The notes below the pieces were generated by a model. It had not been told where the DNA came from. It was given only the letters and a program-made list of their open reading frames with translations, and made no database searches. Both the position numbers and the translations under genes were made by a program. Source: Squalus acanthias (lineage: Eukaryota). Taken from it: a DNA stretch of 64,000 bases. Shown here piece after piece: positions 50,201-63,585 of this stretch (the first letter of the stretch is position 1; every line of letters starts with the position of its first letter). The DNA lies in assembly GCA_030390025.1 (NCBI GenBank), contig CM059449.1:13826001-13890000 (forward strand). The letters are read 5' to 3'.

Positions 50201-50859
50201 AACATAAGAACATAAGAACATAAGAAATAGGAGCAGGAGTAGACCAATCGGCCCCTCGAGCCTGCTCCGCCATTCAATGAGATCATGGCTGATCTGATCC
50301 AACCTCAACTCTAAAGAACACAAGAAGTAGGAGCAGGACCAGGCCACTCGGCCCCTGGGCCCGCTCCGCCACCCACAGGGCCTTGACCGATCCGAACTCA
50401 AACTCATGTCCAATTTCCAGCTCGCTCCCCGTAACCCCTGATTCACTTTACTTCTAGGAAACGGTCTATTTCTGTTTTAAATTTATTTAATGAAGTAGCT
50501 TCCACAGCTTCCTGGGGTAGCAAATTCCACAGACCCACTACCCTCTGAGTGAAAAAGTTTCTCCTCATCTCAGTTTTGAAAGAGGAGCCCCTTATTCTAA
50601 GATTATGTCCCCTAGTTCTAGTTTCACCCATCATTGGGAACATCCTCACCGCGTCCACCCGATCAAGCCCCTTCACAATCTTATATGTTTCAATAAGATC
50701 GCCTCTCATTCTTCTGAACTCCAATGAGCAGAGTCCCAATCTACTCAACCTCTCCTCGTATGTCCACCCCCTCATCCCCGGAATTAACCGAGTGAACCTT
50801 CTTTGTACTGCCTCGAGAGCAAGTATGTCTTTTCTTAAGTATGGACACCAAAACTGTAT
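50201..50859 (-). mobile_element. Young CR1 insertion specific to duplicate copy B
   Basis: (AACATAAG)n tail and intact RRMRGDLIETYKI..RRNFFTQRVV. Empty site gtgtg|gagacc at about 4815. Confidence 0.88.
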
Positions 50860-52783
50860 GCGTGGAGACCATTCTGTTCATCTTGTGTCTTGTATTGGTG
50901 ATTATTGTATACACACTGAAAAATGTCAAGTGAACATTAATTCATCATTCAATGGGGGCAAATTGAATTTATAGCGATTGTGTACAATAGACGATATAGA
51001 ATTTATCGTCTAGAGTTCACTAGAGTTTAGAAGAATGAGAGGGGATCTCATTGAAACGTATACAATTCTGACAGGGCTGGACTGACTGGATGCAGGGAGG
51101 ATGTTTCCCCTGGCTTGGGGGTCTAGAACGAGGTGTCACAGTCTCAGGATACGGGGTAGGACATTTAGGACTGAGATGAGGAGAAATTTCTTCACTCAGA
51201 GGGTGGTGAACCAGTGGAATTCTCTACCACAGAAGGCTGAGGAGGCCAAGTCACTAAATATATTTAAGAAGGAGATAGATAGATTTCGAGAAACAAAAAG
51301 CATCAAGGGGTATGGGGAGAGAGCAGAAATATGGTATTGAGATAAAGGATCAACCATGATCATATTCAATGGCGGAGCAGGCTCGAAGGTCCGAATGGCC
51401 TACTGCTGCTCCTATTTTTCTATGTTTTTCTATGTTTCTATGTCCATTGTAGGCCCGGACCGATATTCCCTTCCATTGGCTAGTTGACAAGGTTAGGAAT
51501 CGATTTAATAAAGGTTTTTTTTAAACTATGTAGGGTATTGCTAGGGTAAATCGCCGGTTGTGGTTTCTGTGGCGAGGGATGGTCACTTTGAAATTGTCAC
51601 CAAGAGATGTTGGGAGAAATGTGCTTGTGCGGAAGATTGTTGGAGAGTGGAGTGCATTGCCACAGGGAGCAGTAGATGCAGACACCATTGCTCGCTGAAA
51701 TTGTGAATGGAACTTTAGTCGGTGCAGTCATTGTTCGAAGGGGTGCTGGCAATATTCCCGATGTGCAACTGACTGTAGATTTGAGCAGGATTCAACCTCT
51801 CAAGTTCATTGTAAGCAGCCTGATCTCCCAGCATCGAATCCTTTAAAAACAGGAAGAAATTTTCATTCATTTAACTCTTCGATCAACTTATTTTAAGTTA
51901 TTGCAAGATAGCCCGGTAATATATCATTTAACATTTATGTAGAATCTACATCACGCCGATTGTCAGATTCGTTCTATGAGAAGCTGTTGATAACTAGAGG
52001 TGAATGAGCAAGTAACAGTTAAAATCATGTATTATGTACTTGTAATAATAACCTTTACAATTTTGCAAGGGCAGCCTAGTGTTCGTGATCATATTGATGT
52101 GATATATCTATTTATGGGGTAGATTTTCAACTTGCCTCCCGAGCATTGGAAAGGATAATCCAACGGGGAGTATAACGGGTGGCTGATCCACCAACGCCTG
52201 TTTTTCACCCCCGCCCAAGTTCAATTTCACCTCCTGACACTGGCCTGCTGTGTGTTTGTAACTTTTTCTTTGGTTCTGTTTCCGAGTTGCATTCTTTTTC
52301 TTTTAACTTATGCAGTTATCTATAACTTGGGCTTATTACGCATATGCGCTGATTAAATTTCCAAGCAGTTGTACTTTTGGAGCCCTGTTGACGGCCAATA
52401 GCGAATTAATTTGGCCCATTTAACACTATAAACTGACCAGCATATTAACCTGCTGTTGACTATTAATATTATCCTATAAATCATTCAGAAAAGCACAAAG
52501 CCACAGAATTTAATTAATCTGATATTGATGCATTGTGACGTTGGTGTTACCTGCAAAACCTAGCTGTTTTCTACTTTAAAGTAAGGAATTAAGAAGTTAT
52601 AATTGAAACGTCAAAACGTCAAACAAAACGTATTCAGGTTTGATAACTCTTTTAACTGTACTGAAAGTTGCTATATTCCTCCCTCTAATTTTAGGTATCC
52701 AGTCTAAATCGTTTTTTTTATTTTGTATTTGAAAACTTGGAGAAGTTTAAGACAGTCGAGGAGAGAGGGCAATGCCTACAGTA

Positions 52784-52857
52784 GCCCCAGTGGCCTAATG
52801 GATAAGGCACTGGTTCCTCTAAGCTAGGGATTCCGGGTTCGTGTCCCAGCTGGAGTG
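52784..52857 (+). pseudogene. tRNA-Arg pseudogene
   Basis: Paralog of the 6727 copy, with an 8-nt anticodon loop and a mutated B box (GTTCGTG). Confidence 0.8.
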
Positions 52858-54213
52858 AGGTGAAATTTTAATGTCAGCCGTGGATCAATGGGTAGAATGA
52901 GTTCGAATGTTGTTGCTCCCACTCCAGAAACTTGAGCACAAAACTCTCGGTAGCAGTTTCATCGGTTCATAGAAAGAGGAGTCGGCCTTTCAGCCCCTCG
53001 AGTTTCGCCATTCGATGAGATCATGGCTGATTTGCGATCTAACGCCTTTGGCCCATATCCCTTAATACTTTTGGTTGACAAAAATCTATCAATCTCCGAT
53101 TTAAAATTAACAATTGATCCAGCGTCAATTGTCATTTACAGAAGAGAGTTCCAAACTTCTACCACCCTTTGTGTGTAGAAGTGTTTCCTAACTTCACTCC
53201 TGAAAGATCTGGCTCTAATTTTTAGACTATGCCCCCTAGTCCTAGACTCCCCAACCAGCGGAGATAGTTTCTCTCTAGCTACCCATTCTGTTCCCCTTAA
53301 TATCCTGAAAACTTCAATTAGATTATCCCTTAACGTTTTAAATTCTAGAGAATATAATCCTAGTTTGTGTAATATTCATTGGATTGAAATTAAAGAAGAA
53401 AAACTTGCATTTAAAAAGCGCTTTACACGACCTCGTGACGTCCCAACGCGCTTTAAAGCCAATGAAGTACTTTTTGAAGTGCAGTCACTGTTGTAATGCA
53501 AGAAACGCGGCAGCCAATTTTCGCACAGCAAGGTCCCACAAATGTGATAATAACCAGATAGATAATCTGTTTCTTAAGTGATGTTGGTTGAGGGATAAAT
53601 TATTGGCCAGGACACCGGGGAGAACTCCCCTGCTCTTCTTCAAAATAGTGCCATGGGATCTTTTATGTCCACCTGAAAGGACAGGCGGGGCCTGGGTTTA
53701 ACGTCTCATCCGAAAGGCGTTAAACCCATGATTGCAAAATCATGAGGGGTCTGGACAGGGTAGATAGAGAGAGACTGTTCCCATTGGCAGAAGGGTCGAG
53801 AACCAGAGGACACAGATTTAAGGTGATTGGCAAAAGAACCAAAGGCGACGTAAGAAAAACTTTTTTACGCAGCGAGTGGTTAGGATCTGGAATGCTGGAG
53901 GCAGATTCAACCACGGCTTTCAAAGGGGAGTTGGATAAGTATCTGAAGGAAAGAAATTTGCAGGACTACGGGAAAGGGAGGGGGGAGTGGAACCACCTGA
54001 GGTGCTGTTCCAGAGAGAGCCGACACGGGCTCGACGGGCCGAATGGCCTTCTCCGTGCTGTAAACATTCTATGATTCTACCTCCGACAGCACAGCACTCA
54101 CTTCACTGGACTGCAGCGTCCGCCGAAACATTTTGTGCTCAAGTTTCTGGAGTGGGGCCCAGAGAGTTGGGAGTGCTTCAGACTGAGCCACGGGTGACAC
54201 TAAAATGTTATCT

Positions 54214-54287
54214 CACCCCAGATGGGATTACGAACTCACAATCCCTGGCTTAGGAGGCCAGTGCCTTATCCATTAGGCCACTGGGGC
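54214..54287 (-). pseudogene. tRNA-Arg(CCT), near-intact with a damaged T arm
   Basis: Canonical through the anticodon arm. The T loop has a 1-nt insertion (GTTCGTAATC) and the T stem has a mismatch. Confidence 0.78.
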
Positions 54288-55174
54288 TACTACATGCAGT
54301 CACGACTCTCCTCTACTATCTCTTACTACTCCAAGTTTTCAAAAATGTGGAACTTATAATAGCTCCCTCCGTCGTCCCGCAATCTACGGGCTTTTAAAAC
54401 ACAAGGTTGGCCTCATCTAATTATTAGTTGATTTGCCTCATCCTGTCCCTTGCTCTTTTTAACCTTGGTTTCTCAGTTAGAAACTAACAACATTCTCTTA
54501 CCGCCTGTCCCGTGTCTTCGGTTCTATTGGTTATAATACAAGACGGGGGAAAGCTCACAGTTCAAACTACTACTTAACCTTTTAAGAAATATAATTCTTG
54601 ACATCAGATGAGCGGGGTAGATTTGGGGTTTGGAATAGATCTTGACTTTGTGCGGTCGCGCCAAACGGGTGATGCCAATGGAAACCAGCATCGGGAAAGA
54701 TGGAAAGCGGGCGGCCAATTGGCTGTTGCCCGTTTAACACGAACGCGCAAAGTTAAAATCTAACGCGACAATCGGAGTCAGATACATGTTTTCCGCCTCA
54801 CAGAAGTTGTGAAAAAATGCCATTAATATAATTTCAATAATTCTGGTTTAATAATATGGGTCGATTTCCTTTGGTTCCTACTGGGTATAGACTTGCATTT
54901 AAAAAGCGCCTTTCATCTCCTCAGGATGTCCCAAAGCGGTTTACAGCTAATGAAGCACTTTTTGAAGTGTAGTCGCTGTTGTAATGTTGGAAACGCGGCA
55001 GCCAGTTTGCGCACAGCAAGCTCCCACAAACAGCAATGTGATAATGACCAGATCATCTGTTGATTTAGTGATGTTGGTTGAGGGATAAATATTGGCCCAG
55101 GACACCGGGGAGAACTCCCCTGCTCTTCATCGAACAGTGGCCCTGGGATCTTTTAAGTCCACCTGAGAGTCTGA

Positions 55175-55431
55175 GACTCTGTCAGGTCGGAGAGTTTAAT
55201 GAAAATTCTCACCTTGTTAAATGAACTGATGTCCGAGTTTTCCAGCCGCCCTTTAGAAATCAGACTTTTGCCCAAATCACCAGCGTTTTTTTCATCTCGT
55301 GTCCACGGGACTGCCGATCGGTGAGCCCTATTCCGCCATAATTCACGGCGCAGTTCAGTGGCTCTGACTCTCCCTCTACTGCACTTGAGAATTCGCAAAC
55401 TGGAATTCGGCGAGACTCACTCTCTGGTCTC
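55175..55431 (-). pseudogene. Duplicate NCR3-like V pseudo-exon (5' part only)
   Basis: AVEGESEPLNCAV ... KGRLENSDISSFNKVRIFIKLSDLTE followed by the same SINE junction. The J-like 3' part is absent beyond the SINE. Confidence 0.78.
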
Positions 55432-55863
55432 CTATAAAGTAAAGGCAGTTTTTTTTGGAACCCGACCGTATTGCATTCCAAGTCTATCAAACGATAACCT
55501 ACAAATTTATATTCGTCCCAATATTAGTACCGATAAAGTAAAAGGTGCGAAATTATTTGGTTTTCGAGAGTGGCGCCTATATAAAAATAGTTCCCTTTTA
55601 ATTGTGTTCACCGGCGAATTTAGTTTGTTGCAATGCTGCAAGTGTTTGACTCTTATTATCGCGTACTATTACGCTTCTTATTTAGCTGCGAGTGTTTTAG
55701 CAGATTACCCCGTCTGTGGTACCCGTAGTTCGGTCGCCTCCGACGTGACTCAAGGCGCAGTCACAGAGCCTGTGAAATTTGCGGCCCATTGTGGCAATTA
55801 ATTAATAAGATCGGGCTAGTCATCCATTTATAAGGCCACTTATGGCGTATTTGTACTGCAGCT

Positions 55864-57020
55864 ATGAAATGCGAGGTGTTACCTATCAGGAAAGGATGAA
55901 CAGGCTGAATCACTTTTCTCTTGAAAAACAGAAGGCTGAGGGGTGAACTAATTGAGGTCTTTAACATTACCAAATGTTTTGATAGAGTAGACACACAGAG
56001 TGTTTCCACTTGTGGGGCAGAGTAAAACTAGAGGCCATCAATATAAGATAGTCACCAAGAAATTCAATAGGGAATTCAGAAGGGACACCTTTACCCAGAG
56101 AGTGGTGAGAATGTGGAACTCGCTACCACAGGGAGTGGTTGAAGCGAATCGTCTCTGGGGTTCAGTTATATAGATCATTAAAATGTCATGAACAGGTGCA
56201 GCAAATAATCATAAATGCTAATGGTATACTGACCTTTATATCTAGAGGACTAGAATACAAGGGGTGGAAGTTATGCTGCAGCTGTACAAAACCCTGGTTA
56301 GACCACACCTGGAGTATTGTGAGCAGTTCTGGGAACCACACCTTAGGACGGATATATTGGCCTTGGAGGGAGTGCAGCGTAGGTTTACCAGAATGATACC
56401 CGGACTTCAAGGGTTAAGTTAAGAGGTGAGATTACACAAACTAGGGTTGTATTCCCTAGAATTTAGAATATTAAGGGGTGAGCTAATCGAAATTTTCACG
56501 ATATTAATGGGAACAGATAGGGTAGATTGAGAGAAACTATTTCCACTGGTTGGGGAGTCTAGGACTAGGGGACATAATCTAAAAATTAGAGCCAAACCTT
56601 TCAGGAGTGAAATTCGGAAACACTCTAACACACAAAGGGTGGTAGAAGTTTGGAACTCTCTTCCGCAAACGGCAATTGATGCTGGGTCAATTGTTAATTT
56701 TAAATCGGAGATTGATAGCTTTCTGTTAAGCAAAGGTATTAAGGGATATGGGCCAAAGGCGGGTATATGGAGTTCGGTCGCATATCAGCCACGATCTCAT
56801 TGAATGGTGGAACAGGCTCGAGGGGCTGAATGGCCTCCTCCTGTTCCGATGTCTAGATGCAATTAAAGAGAGGCTAGATAAGTGTATGAGGGAGGGGGAA
56901 TGGAGGGCTATGTTGATAGAGTTAGATGAGGAAAAATGGGAGGAGGCTGGAATCGCGCATGGACTGGTTGGGCCGAATGGCCTGTTTCTGTGCTGTATAT
57001 TCTATGTAATTCTATGTAAG
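55864..57020 (+). mobile_element. Nested CR1 3' fragments
   Basis: One CR1 3' end (about 56150-56850) lies inside another, which ends in an ATTCTATGTA tail. Confidence 0.8.
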
Positions 57021-58764
57021 CTACACGGTCTGAGGCACCTAGCTGGAATCAGAGTCCCAGTCAGGAAGAACCCTGTTTACATTGCACAAGCCGGCAGTTC
57101 ATCCAATAACCGGTGAGGCTGCTTTCGGGGCCTGCTCGACTCAACCTGCTGCCGCTGCATGACGTACAATGTAAGCTGAGCTACGTTCACTTGCGTCACA
57201 AGCAGTTCTATGATTGTGATTTCAGGAGAAACACACATCTTCTCCCTTGTGTTATAGCACCTACGGTGAGGGGAGCCGGCGCCACAGTATTAAAACACCG
57301 CAGGCTGATGCATGAACAGTATCCCAACTGTGTCCGCCGCTGCACAGGAAGGGATTGTGTGTTTGGACTAATTGTTTAAGATTGAGAAACATAAGAACAT
57401 AAGATCATAAGAAATAGGAGCAGGAATAGGCCACTTGGCCCCTCGAGCCTGCTCCGCCATTCAATAAGATCATGGCTGATCTTGAGCTCAAAGCCACTTC
57501 CCTGCCCGCTCCCCATAACCCTTCACTCCCTTATCTTGCAAAAATATGTCTATCTCCACCTTAAATGTATTTAATGACCCAGCCTCCACGGCTCTCTGGG
57601 GCAGAGAATTCCACAGATTTACGACCCTCTGAGAGAAGAAATTCCTCCTCATCTCAGTTCCAAAGGGGCGACCCTTTATTCTTTAAGGCTTTAGGAAGAG
57701 CTGTTCAAAAATATGGAATAAATGGGAAGTGTTCAAAAATATGGAATGGGGAATGAAGGAATTGAAATGAATGAATGGTTTCCATTTCCAAATTCTGTGC
57801 ACTTAACAAGAATCTGGATCAGCTCTTCCATCACTGCTAGCAGCGGGGTACGGTAGTGTGGTGGTTATGATGCTGGACTAGTAATCCAACGGTCTGGAGT
57901 AACAATTTCAGACAATGTGAGTTCAAATTCCACTATGGCAAAGTGAGACTTTGTATCCATTTTTTAAAAAACATCTAAAAATATAAAAGTAGTATTGGTG
58001 AAAGTGACTATGAACCCAATTCTTTCACCAATGTCCTTCAGGGAAGGCGTCCTTACCTGGTTCAAATCCCACCATGGAGAATTTGAATTCAGTTTTTTGT
58101 TCAATCTGAAAATAAAAATGTATCAGTAAAAGTGACAATGAAGCTGTTGTCATGAAAAAAAAAACAACTGGTTCACGAATGTCCTTTAGGAAATGAGTCC
58201 TTACCTGGCCTGGTGGATATATGACTCCAACGTGATTGACACTTAACTGCGCTCTGAAGTACCCTAACAAGCCACTCAGTTGTATCAAGCGACTACATTG
58301 CAGCAGTTCAATGAGGAGGTCTACCACCACCTTCTCAAGGCAACCAGGGATGGGCACTAAAGGCGACGCCTGCATCCCGAGAATGATTTTTTGAGTTGCA
58401 GGTAGCTGAACTTGGTGTACAATTGTATTTAGTTAGAGTTGAGCTCTTTCGGTTAGATACTTTCCGGCTGATAGTGGGTTCAATGAGCGGTACAATTAAG
58501 AGTATTATAAATAACTAACATCCCCAGCAGAGCACAGCCTGCACAGACTCGGTGTCAATGTGAACTCAGTCACGTAACGCGGCAAATTAACCGCATGCAC
58601 ACGGGTCGGTTTACAAGGCTTGCAGACAAAAATAAGTTAGTGTGTGAGAAATACGTGGGAAGCTGAACATCAGCAACATTTCAATTCAGTCAATTCGCTG
58701 GTCAACACGTTTGAAGATAAGCTGCCTTTACTGGATTTTACTGGGTTTTTAGTGTCACTTCAAT

Positions 58765-59210
58765 TCTCCGCTTCACTCCCACTCTGATCTCTCTGTCCTC
58801 GGCCTCTTACACTGTTCCAATGAAGCTCAACGTAAGCTCGAGGAACAGCACCTCATCTTTCGATTAGGCACTTTACAGTCTTCCGGACTTAACATTGAGT
58901 TCAACAATTTCAGACAATAATCCCTGCCCCCATTTTTCATGCTGTATGATTTTGACATTCCCATTTGCAACATTTTATCATTCCTGCCTCTGACATAAGC
59001 ACAGTATGTTCTTTCAACTCCTTCCTCCCCTCCTAAACCACGCCCCGCCCCCCACCCCCTGTCTCTGCACCTGCTTAATATCTGTTAAATCTCCAGCTCT
59101 TTCCAGTTCTGATGAAGGGTCCCAGACCTGAAACGTTAACTCTGTTTCTCTCTCCACGGATGCTGCCTGGCCTGCTGAGTATTTCCAGCATTTTCTGTTG
59201 TTATTTCTGC
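58765..59210 (+). mobile_element. Penelope-like element 3' end / pLTR
   Basis: GIY-YIG C-terminal-like RKLEEQHLIFRLGTLQ.SGLNIEFNNF followed by the shark pLTR sequence. Confidence 0.78.
59105..59141 (+). ncRNA. Minimal type I hammerhead ribozyme-like motif in the Penelope pLTR
   Basis: AGTT-CTGATGA-AGGGTC cca GACCT-GAAAC-GT-T-AACT: conserved core, stem II, palindromic ACGT stem III and a 4-bp stem I. Confidence 0.6.
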
Positions 59211-62048
59211 CTTTACTGGACTTGTCCTGCAGTGGGACCAATTTCATTATTTTTAGTTATCTTTTCACCAACGTATATACAGATACCTATTTCGCGATGC
59301 ATTTGTATTTGCATCCACGGATGGAAATTTGCCGGCAACATAGCCACGATTTCCGTTAACCAACCGGCTGGAAGTGAAATACAATGATATTTGAGCGCAG
59401 AATCATAGGAAAAAAAATCTAGAAGTTTACAGCACAGAAGGAGGCCATTCGGCCCATCCTGTCCCTGCCGGCCGACAAAGAGCTATCCAGCCTAATCCCA
59501 CTTTCTAGCTCTTGGTCCGTAACCTTGTAGGTTACCGCACTTCAAGTGCATATCCAAGTACTTTTTAAATGTGATGAGGGTTTCTGCCTCTACCACTCTT
59601 TCAGGCAGTGAGTTCCAGACCCCACCACCCTCTGAGTGAACAGAGTTCTCCTCAACTCCCCTCTAATCCTTCTACCAATTACAGGTACCTGAATACATCA
59701 CAACTGGGTTTTTTCCGTTAAATTGGCACCAAGAAATTTAACTGGATTAGCCAGATAAATACTGTGGCAACAAGAGCAGGTCAGAGGCTAGGTATTCTGT
59801 GGCGAATGTCTCACCTCCTGACTCCCCAAAACTTTCCACCATCTACAAGGCACAATTCAGGAGTGTGATGAATTACTCTCCACTTGTCTGGATGAGTGCA
59901 GCTCCAACAACACTCAGGAAGCTCGACACCATCCAGGACAAAGCAGCCCGATTGATTGACACCCCATCCACCACCTTAAACATTCACTCCCTCCCCTCCA
60001 CCACCGGCATACCATGGCTGCAGTGTGCACCATCTCCAAGATACAATGCAGCAACTCGCCAAGGCTTCTTCAGCAGCACCTCCCAAACCCGTGACCTCTA
60101 CCACCTAGAAGGACAAGGGCAGCAGAGGCATGGGAACACCACCACCTCCAAGTTCCCCTCCAAGTCACACACCATCCTGACTTAGAAGTATATCACCGAT
60201 TCTTCATCGTCGCTGGGTCAAAATCTTGGAACTCCCTCCCTAACAGCACTGTGGGAGTACCTTCACCACACGGACTGCAGCGGTTCAAGAAGGTGGCTCA
60301 CCACCACCTTCTCAAGGGCAATTAGGGATGGGCAATAAATGCTGGACTTGCCAGCGACGCCCACATCCCATATACAAATAAAAAAATAGCGTGTCGGTTT
60401 TTTTTTGCGGGGGGGATGTCAAAGTATTTTATTCCACGTCGCCAAATATTAACCACAGCCATATTAGCTTTCTAAAATGTAGGATGCAAATCGACTAGAA
60501 GAACAATCATATTAAGCCGACTGACCAATACATGAAATCGCAAGAGTGTCACGTTCATTCGAGCTGGTAAAGTTCTGCATCGCTGAAATATTATTACAGA
60601 TTTCCGAGTTCCCCGTTGCATCACGTTTAAATCAAACATTAAACTATGGAAATGGAAACTAGTTTTTAGCCCTACCTTGACATGTTCTTTATTCGCTCTG
60701 AATCCTTGGTCCCTTTCGGCTGCAGCGCCAATCTCCAATGCTGCATGTGCAATCGGGTGCAACTTTACCGCTGGTGACACTGTGAGGAGGGAGCGCCGAG
60801 TTATTGATCGCAGTCTCCATTTAATAACAAGAAGGAGATCAAAATAGAAGTCCGAAGACCAATGCATGTCTGACCACTGAGTGATGTTTCTACACTGGAG
60901 CACGCTCTGTACATTTTATGATCTCATTTTCAATGCAGTTTAATAAAAAGTGGACTGTTGATTTTATCACGGTGATCACTTTTGAATGCGCTCCAGTTCG
61001 TGTAAGGTCGAAGATCAGGAGCTGCATCTCCGCACCTTTACCCCTTCCCAATGGTCCTTCTTTCCTCCGTATCCCAGCCCTCAAGCACCCCCAATTTTTT
61101 CTGTTCATGGGATGGTGGCAAGAATGGCATTTATTACCCACCCCTAATTGCCCTTGAGATGTGGTGGTGAGCTGCCTTCTTGAACTGCAGAGGGCAGTTA
61201 AGGGTTAACCACTTTGCTGTGGGTCTGGAGTCACATATTGGCCGGACTTGGTAAGGACGGCAGATTTCCTTCTCTAAAGGACATTAGTGAACCAAATGGG
61301 TTTTACCGACAGTCCGCTGGTTAACCATTAACTGATACTAGTTGTTTATTCCAGATTTATTTAATTAACTGAATTTTAAATTCCACAGCTGCCGTGGTGG
61401 GATTTGAACTTTCATGTTTCTGGATCATTAATCCCGGCCGCTGGGTTGTTAGATCCAGTAACATAACCACTACGCTGCCTTACCCCCTGCTCAGCGTCAG
61501 TACCCATATCCGCTCACTTGCTCTCCCCCTGACTTCTACCCTCAACTATTATTCACTCTCCCTCTCCACACATCATCCAATCAGCTTCATCCCTTTCCAT
61601 GCACTCCTCGGCCCATCGCCCTCCCTCTGCCCCTCAGGCCCAGCCCTATGTCCACCTCAGACCCCATCACCTTCCCTTCACCAGCCTCGGAGTAAAGCCC
61701 CACTCTCTTGGCCCCCCTCTCCCGCCAGCAGCGTCACGTGAAAGTCCTCCATTCCTCTCCAGTCTCCAGTCCCTTCTTCAGCGGCGTGTTACCCAGCTCT
61801 GGGAGTGAACAATTTGGTTATTAAAAGGCCTAAAGCGCTTCCATTAGAACACAGTGCTATAAACACTTCGGGAAAAGAACGGATGAGAATCACCAGGAGA
61901 GACGCGGGCATACAAGGGGGAGGAAGCGCTCAAAAACAGACATGTCACGGGCGAAGGACACGAGGAAGGGCAGGGCAGAAGGAAGTTACTTTGCTGCAGG
62001 GATTTTTAGAAGAGGCGGAGTGCCGGAGAAACCTCAGAATGAGGAGCA

Positions 62049-62068
62049 GTGGCGCCACCTTGTGGAGG
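62049..62068 (-). promoter_or_regulatory. CTCF-like core motif
   Basis: The minus strand reads CCACAAGGTGGCGCCA, close to the CTCF core consensus, in non-repeat DNA. Confidence 0.45.
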
Positions 62069-62639
62069 GTCCGCCTATCACTGCAGCGTGACTGACAAAA
62101 CCTGGCACAGGATTTTTGCATTGTCTCTTGACAAAAAACAGGTACATAAAAAGGTGGAACAGAAAATACCCCGATTCTGAAGAGATAGTGTGCACTTAAC
62201 CCACTGCATTATAGATAGCTATACCAGCAGGGTTTCACCTGTAGGTTACTTAATTTTTCGCAGTATATCTAAATAAGGAAGCAAAGACAATAAAAAAAAC
62301 AGTGCAACTAAATTAGAGACCTTATCAAACTCATAGGCAACTGGACGGCAGAGGACAGATTCAATTCAGTATTGATAAGTGTAAAGCAATTATTGTGGAT
62401 CAAGAAACCAAAGGAAGGAACATTTGTTAGATTCTACAACGGTAGACCACGATATTCAGGAAATAGATCTAGGCATTATAGAATGGATAAATATATGAAA
62501 TCAAAAGCAAAAGCTTTAACTGCAGTGATAAAAAGTGCAAATACTAGGTTGTAGTAGCAGAAAGACGGAGTGTAATTCTAAAGTTCTGTATTATTGTGCA
62601 AGGAACTGGCCATAGCTTCTGTAATGCTGCATGAAGTTC

Positions 62640-63585
62640 TTTACATAGGATATATGGCACAGAAACAGGCCATTCGGTCCAACTACTCCATGCCGGCGTT
62701 TATGCGCCACACGAGCCTCCACCCGTCATTCTTCATCCAAATCTATCAGAATAACCCTCTGTTCCTTTATCCCTCATATGTTTGTCTACCCTCCCCTTAA
62801 ATGCATCTATACTATTCTCTTCAAACACTCCCTGTGGTTGCGAGTTCCACATTCTCACCACTCTCAGGGTAAAGAAGTTTCTTCTGAATTCCCTATTGGA
62901 TTTCTTGCTGACTATCTTATATTGATGGCCTCTAGTTTTGCTCTTCCCCACAAGTGGAAACATTCTCTCTGTATCCACTCTATGAAAACGTTTAATAATT
63001 TTAAAGACCTCCATTAGATCTCCCCTCAGCCTTCTTTTTTCAAAAGAAAAGAGACCCAGCCTGTTCATCCTTTCCTGCTATGTATACCCTCGCATTTCTG
63101 GTATCATCCTTGGAAATCTTCTCTGCACCCTTTCCAGTGCCTCTATATCCTTTTTATAATATGGTGACCAGAACTGTACACAGTACTCTAAGTGTGGTCT
63201 AACCAAGGTTCGATACAGGTTTAGCATAACTTCCCTACTTTTCAATTCTATCCTTCTAGAAATAAACCCTAGTGCTTGGTTTGCTTTTTTTATGACCTTG
63301 CTAACCTGTGTCACAACTTTTAGAGATTTGTGTATTTGTACTCCGAGATCCCTTTGTTCCTCTACCCCACCTAGACTCGCACCCTCCAAGTGATAAGTGA
63401 CCTCCCTATTCTTCCTACCAAAATGTAATACCTCACGTTTATCTGTGTTGAACTTCATTTGCAAATTATATGCCCAATCTGCAAGTTTATTAATGTCCTC
63501 CTGTAATTCGTTGCAGTCCTCCTCAGTATTGACTATCCCCAAATCATCTGCAAATTTAGAAATTGTGTTTTTGATTCCAAAGTCT
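62640..63585 (-). mobile_element. CR1 LINE 3' fragment
   Basis: LVRPHLEYCVQFWSPYYKKDIEALERVQRRF..RRNFFTLRVVRMWNS. Confidence 0.9.

Noticed and set aside
60676-60906. Possible decayed activating-type TM exon on the minus strand (VVRHALVFGLLF/LISFLLL)
   Set aside because: It needs a stop and a frameshift, the acceptor lacks a pyrimidine tract, and I found no linked V exon.
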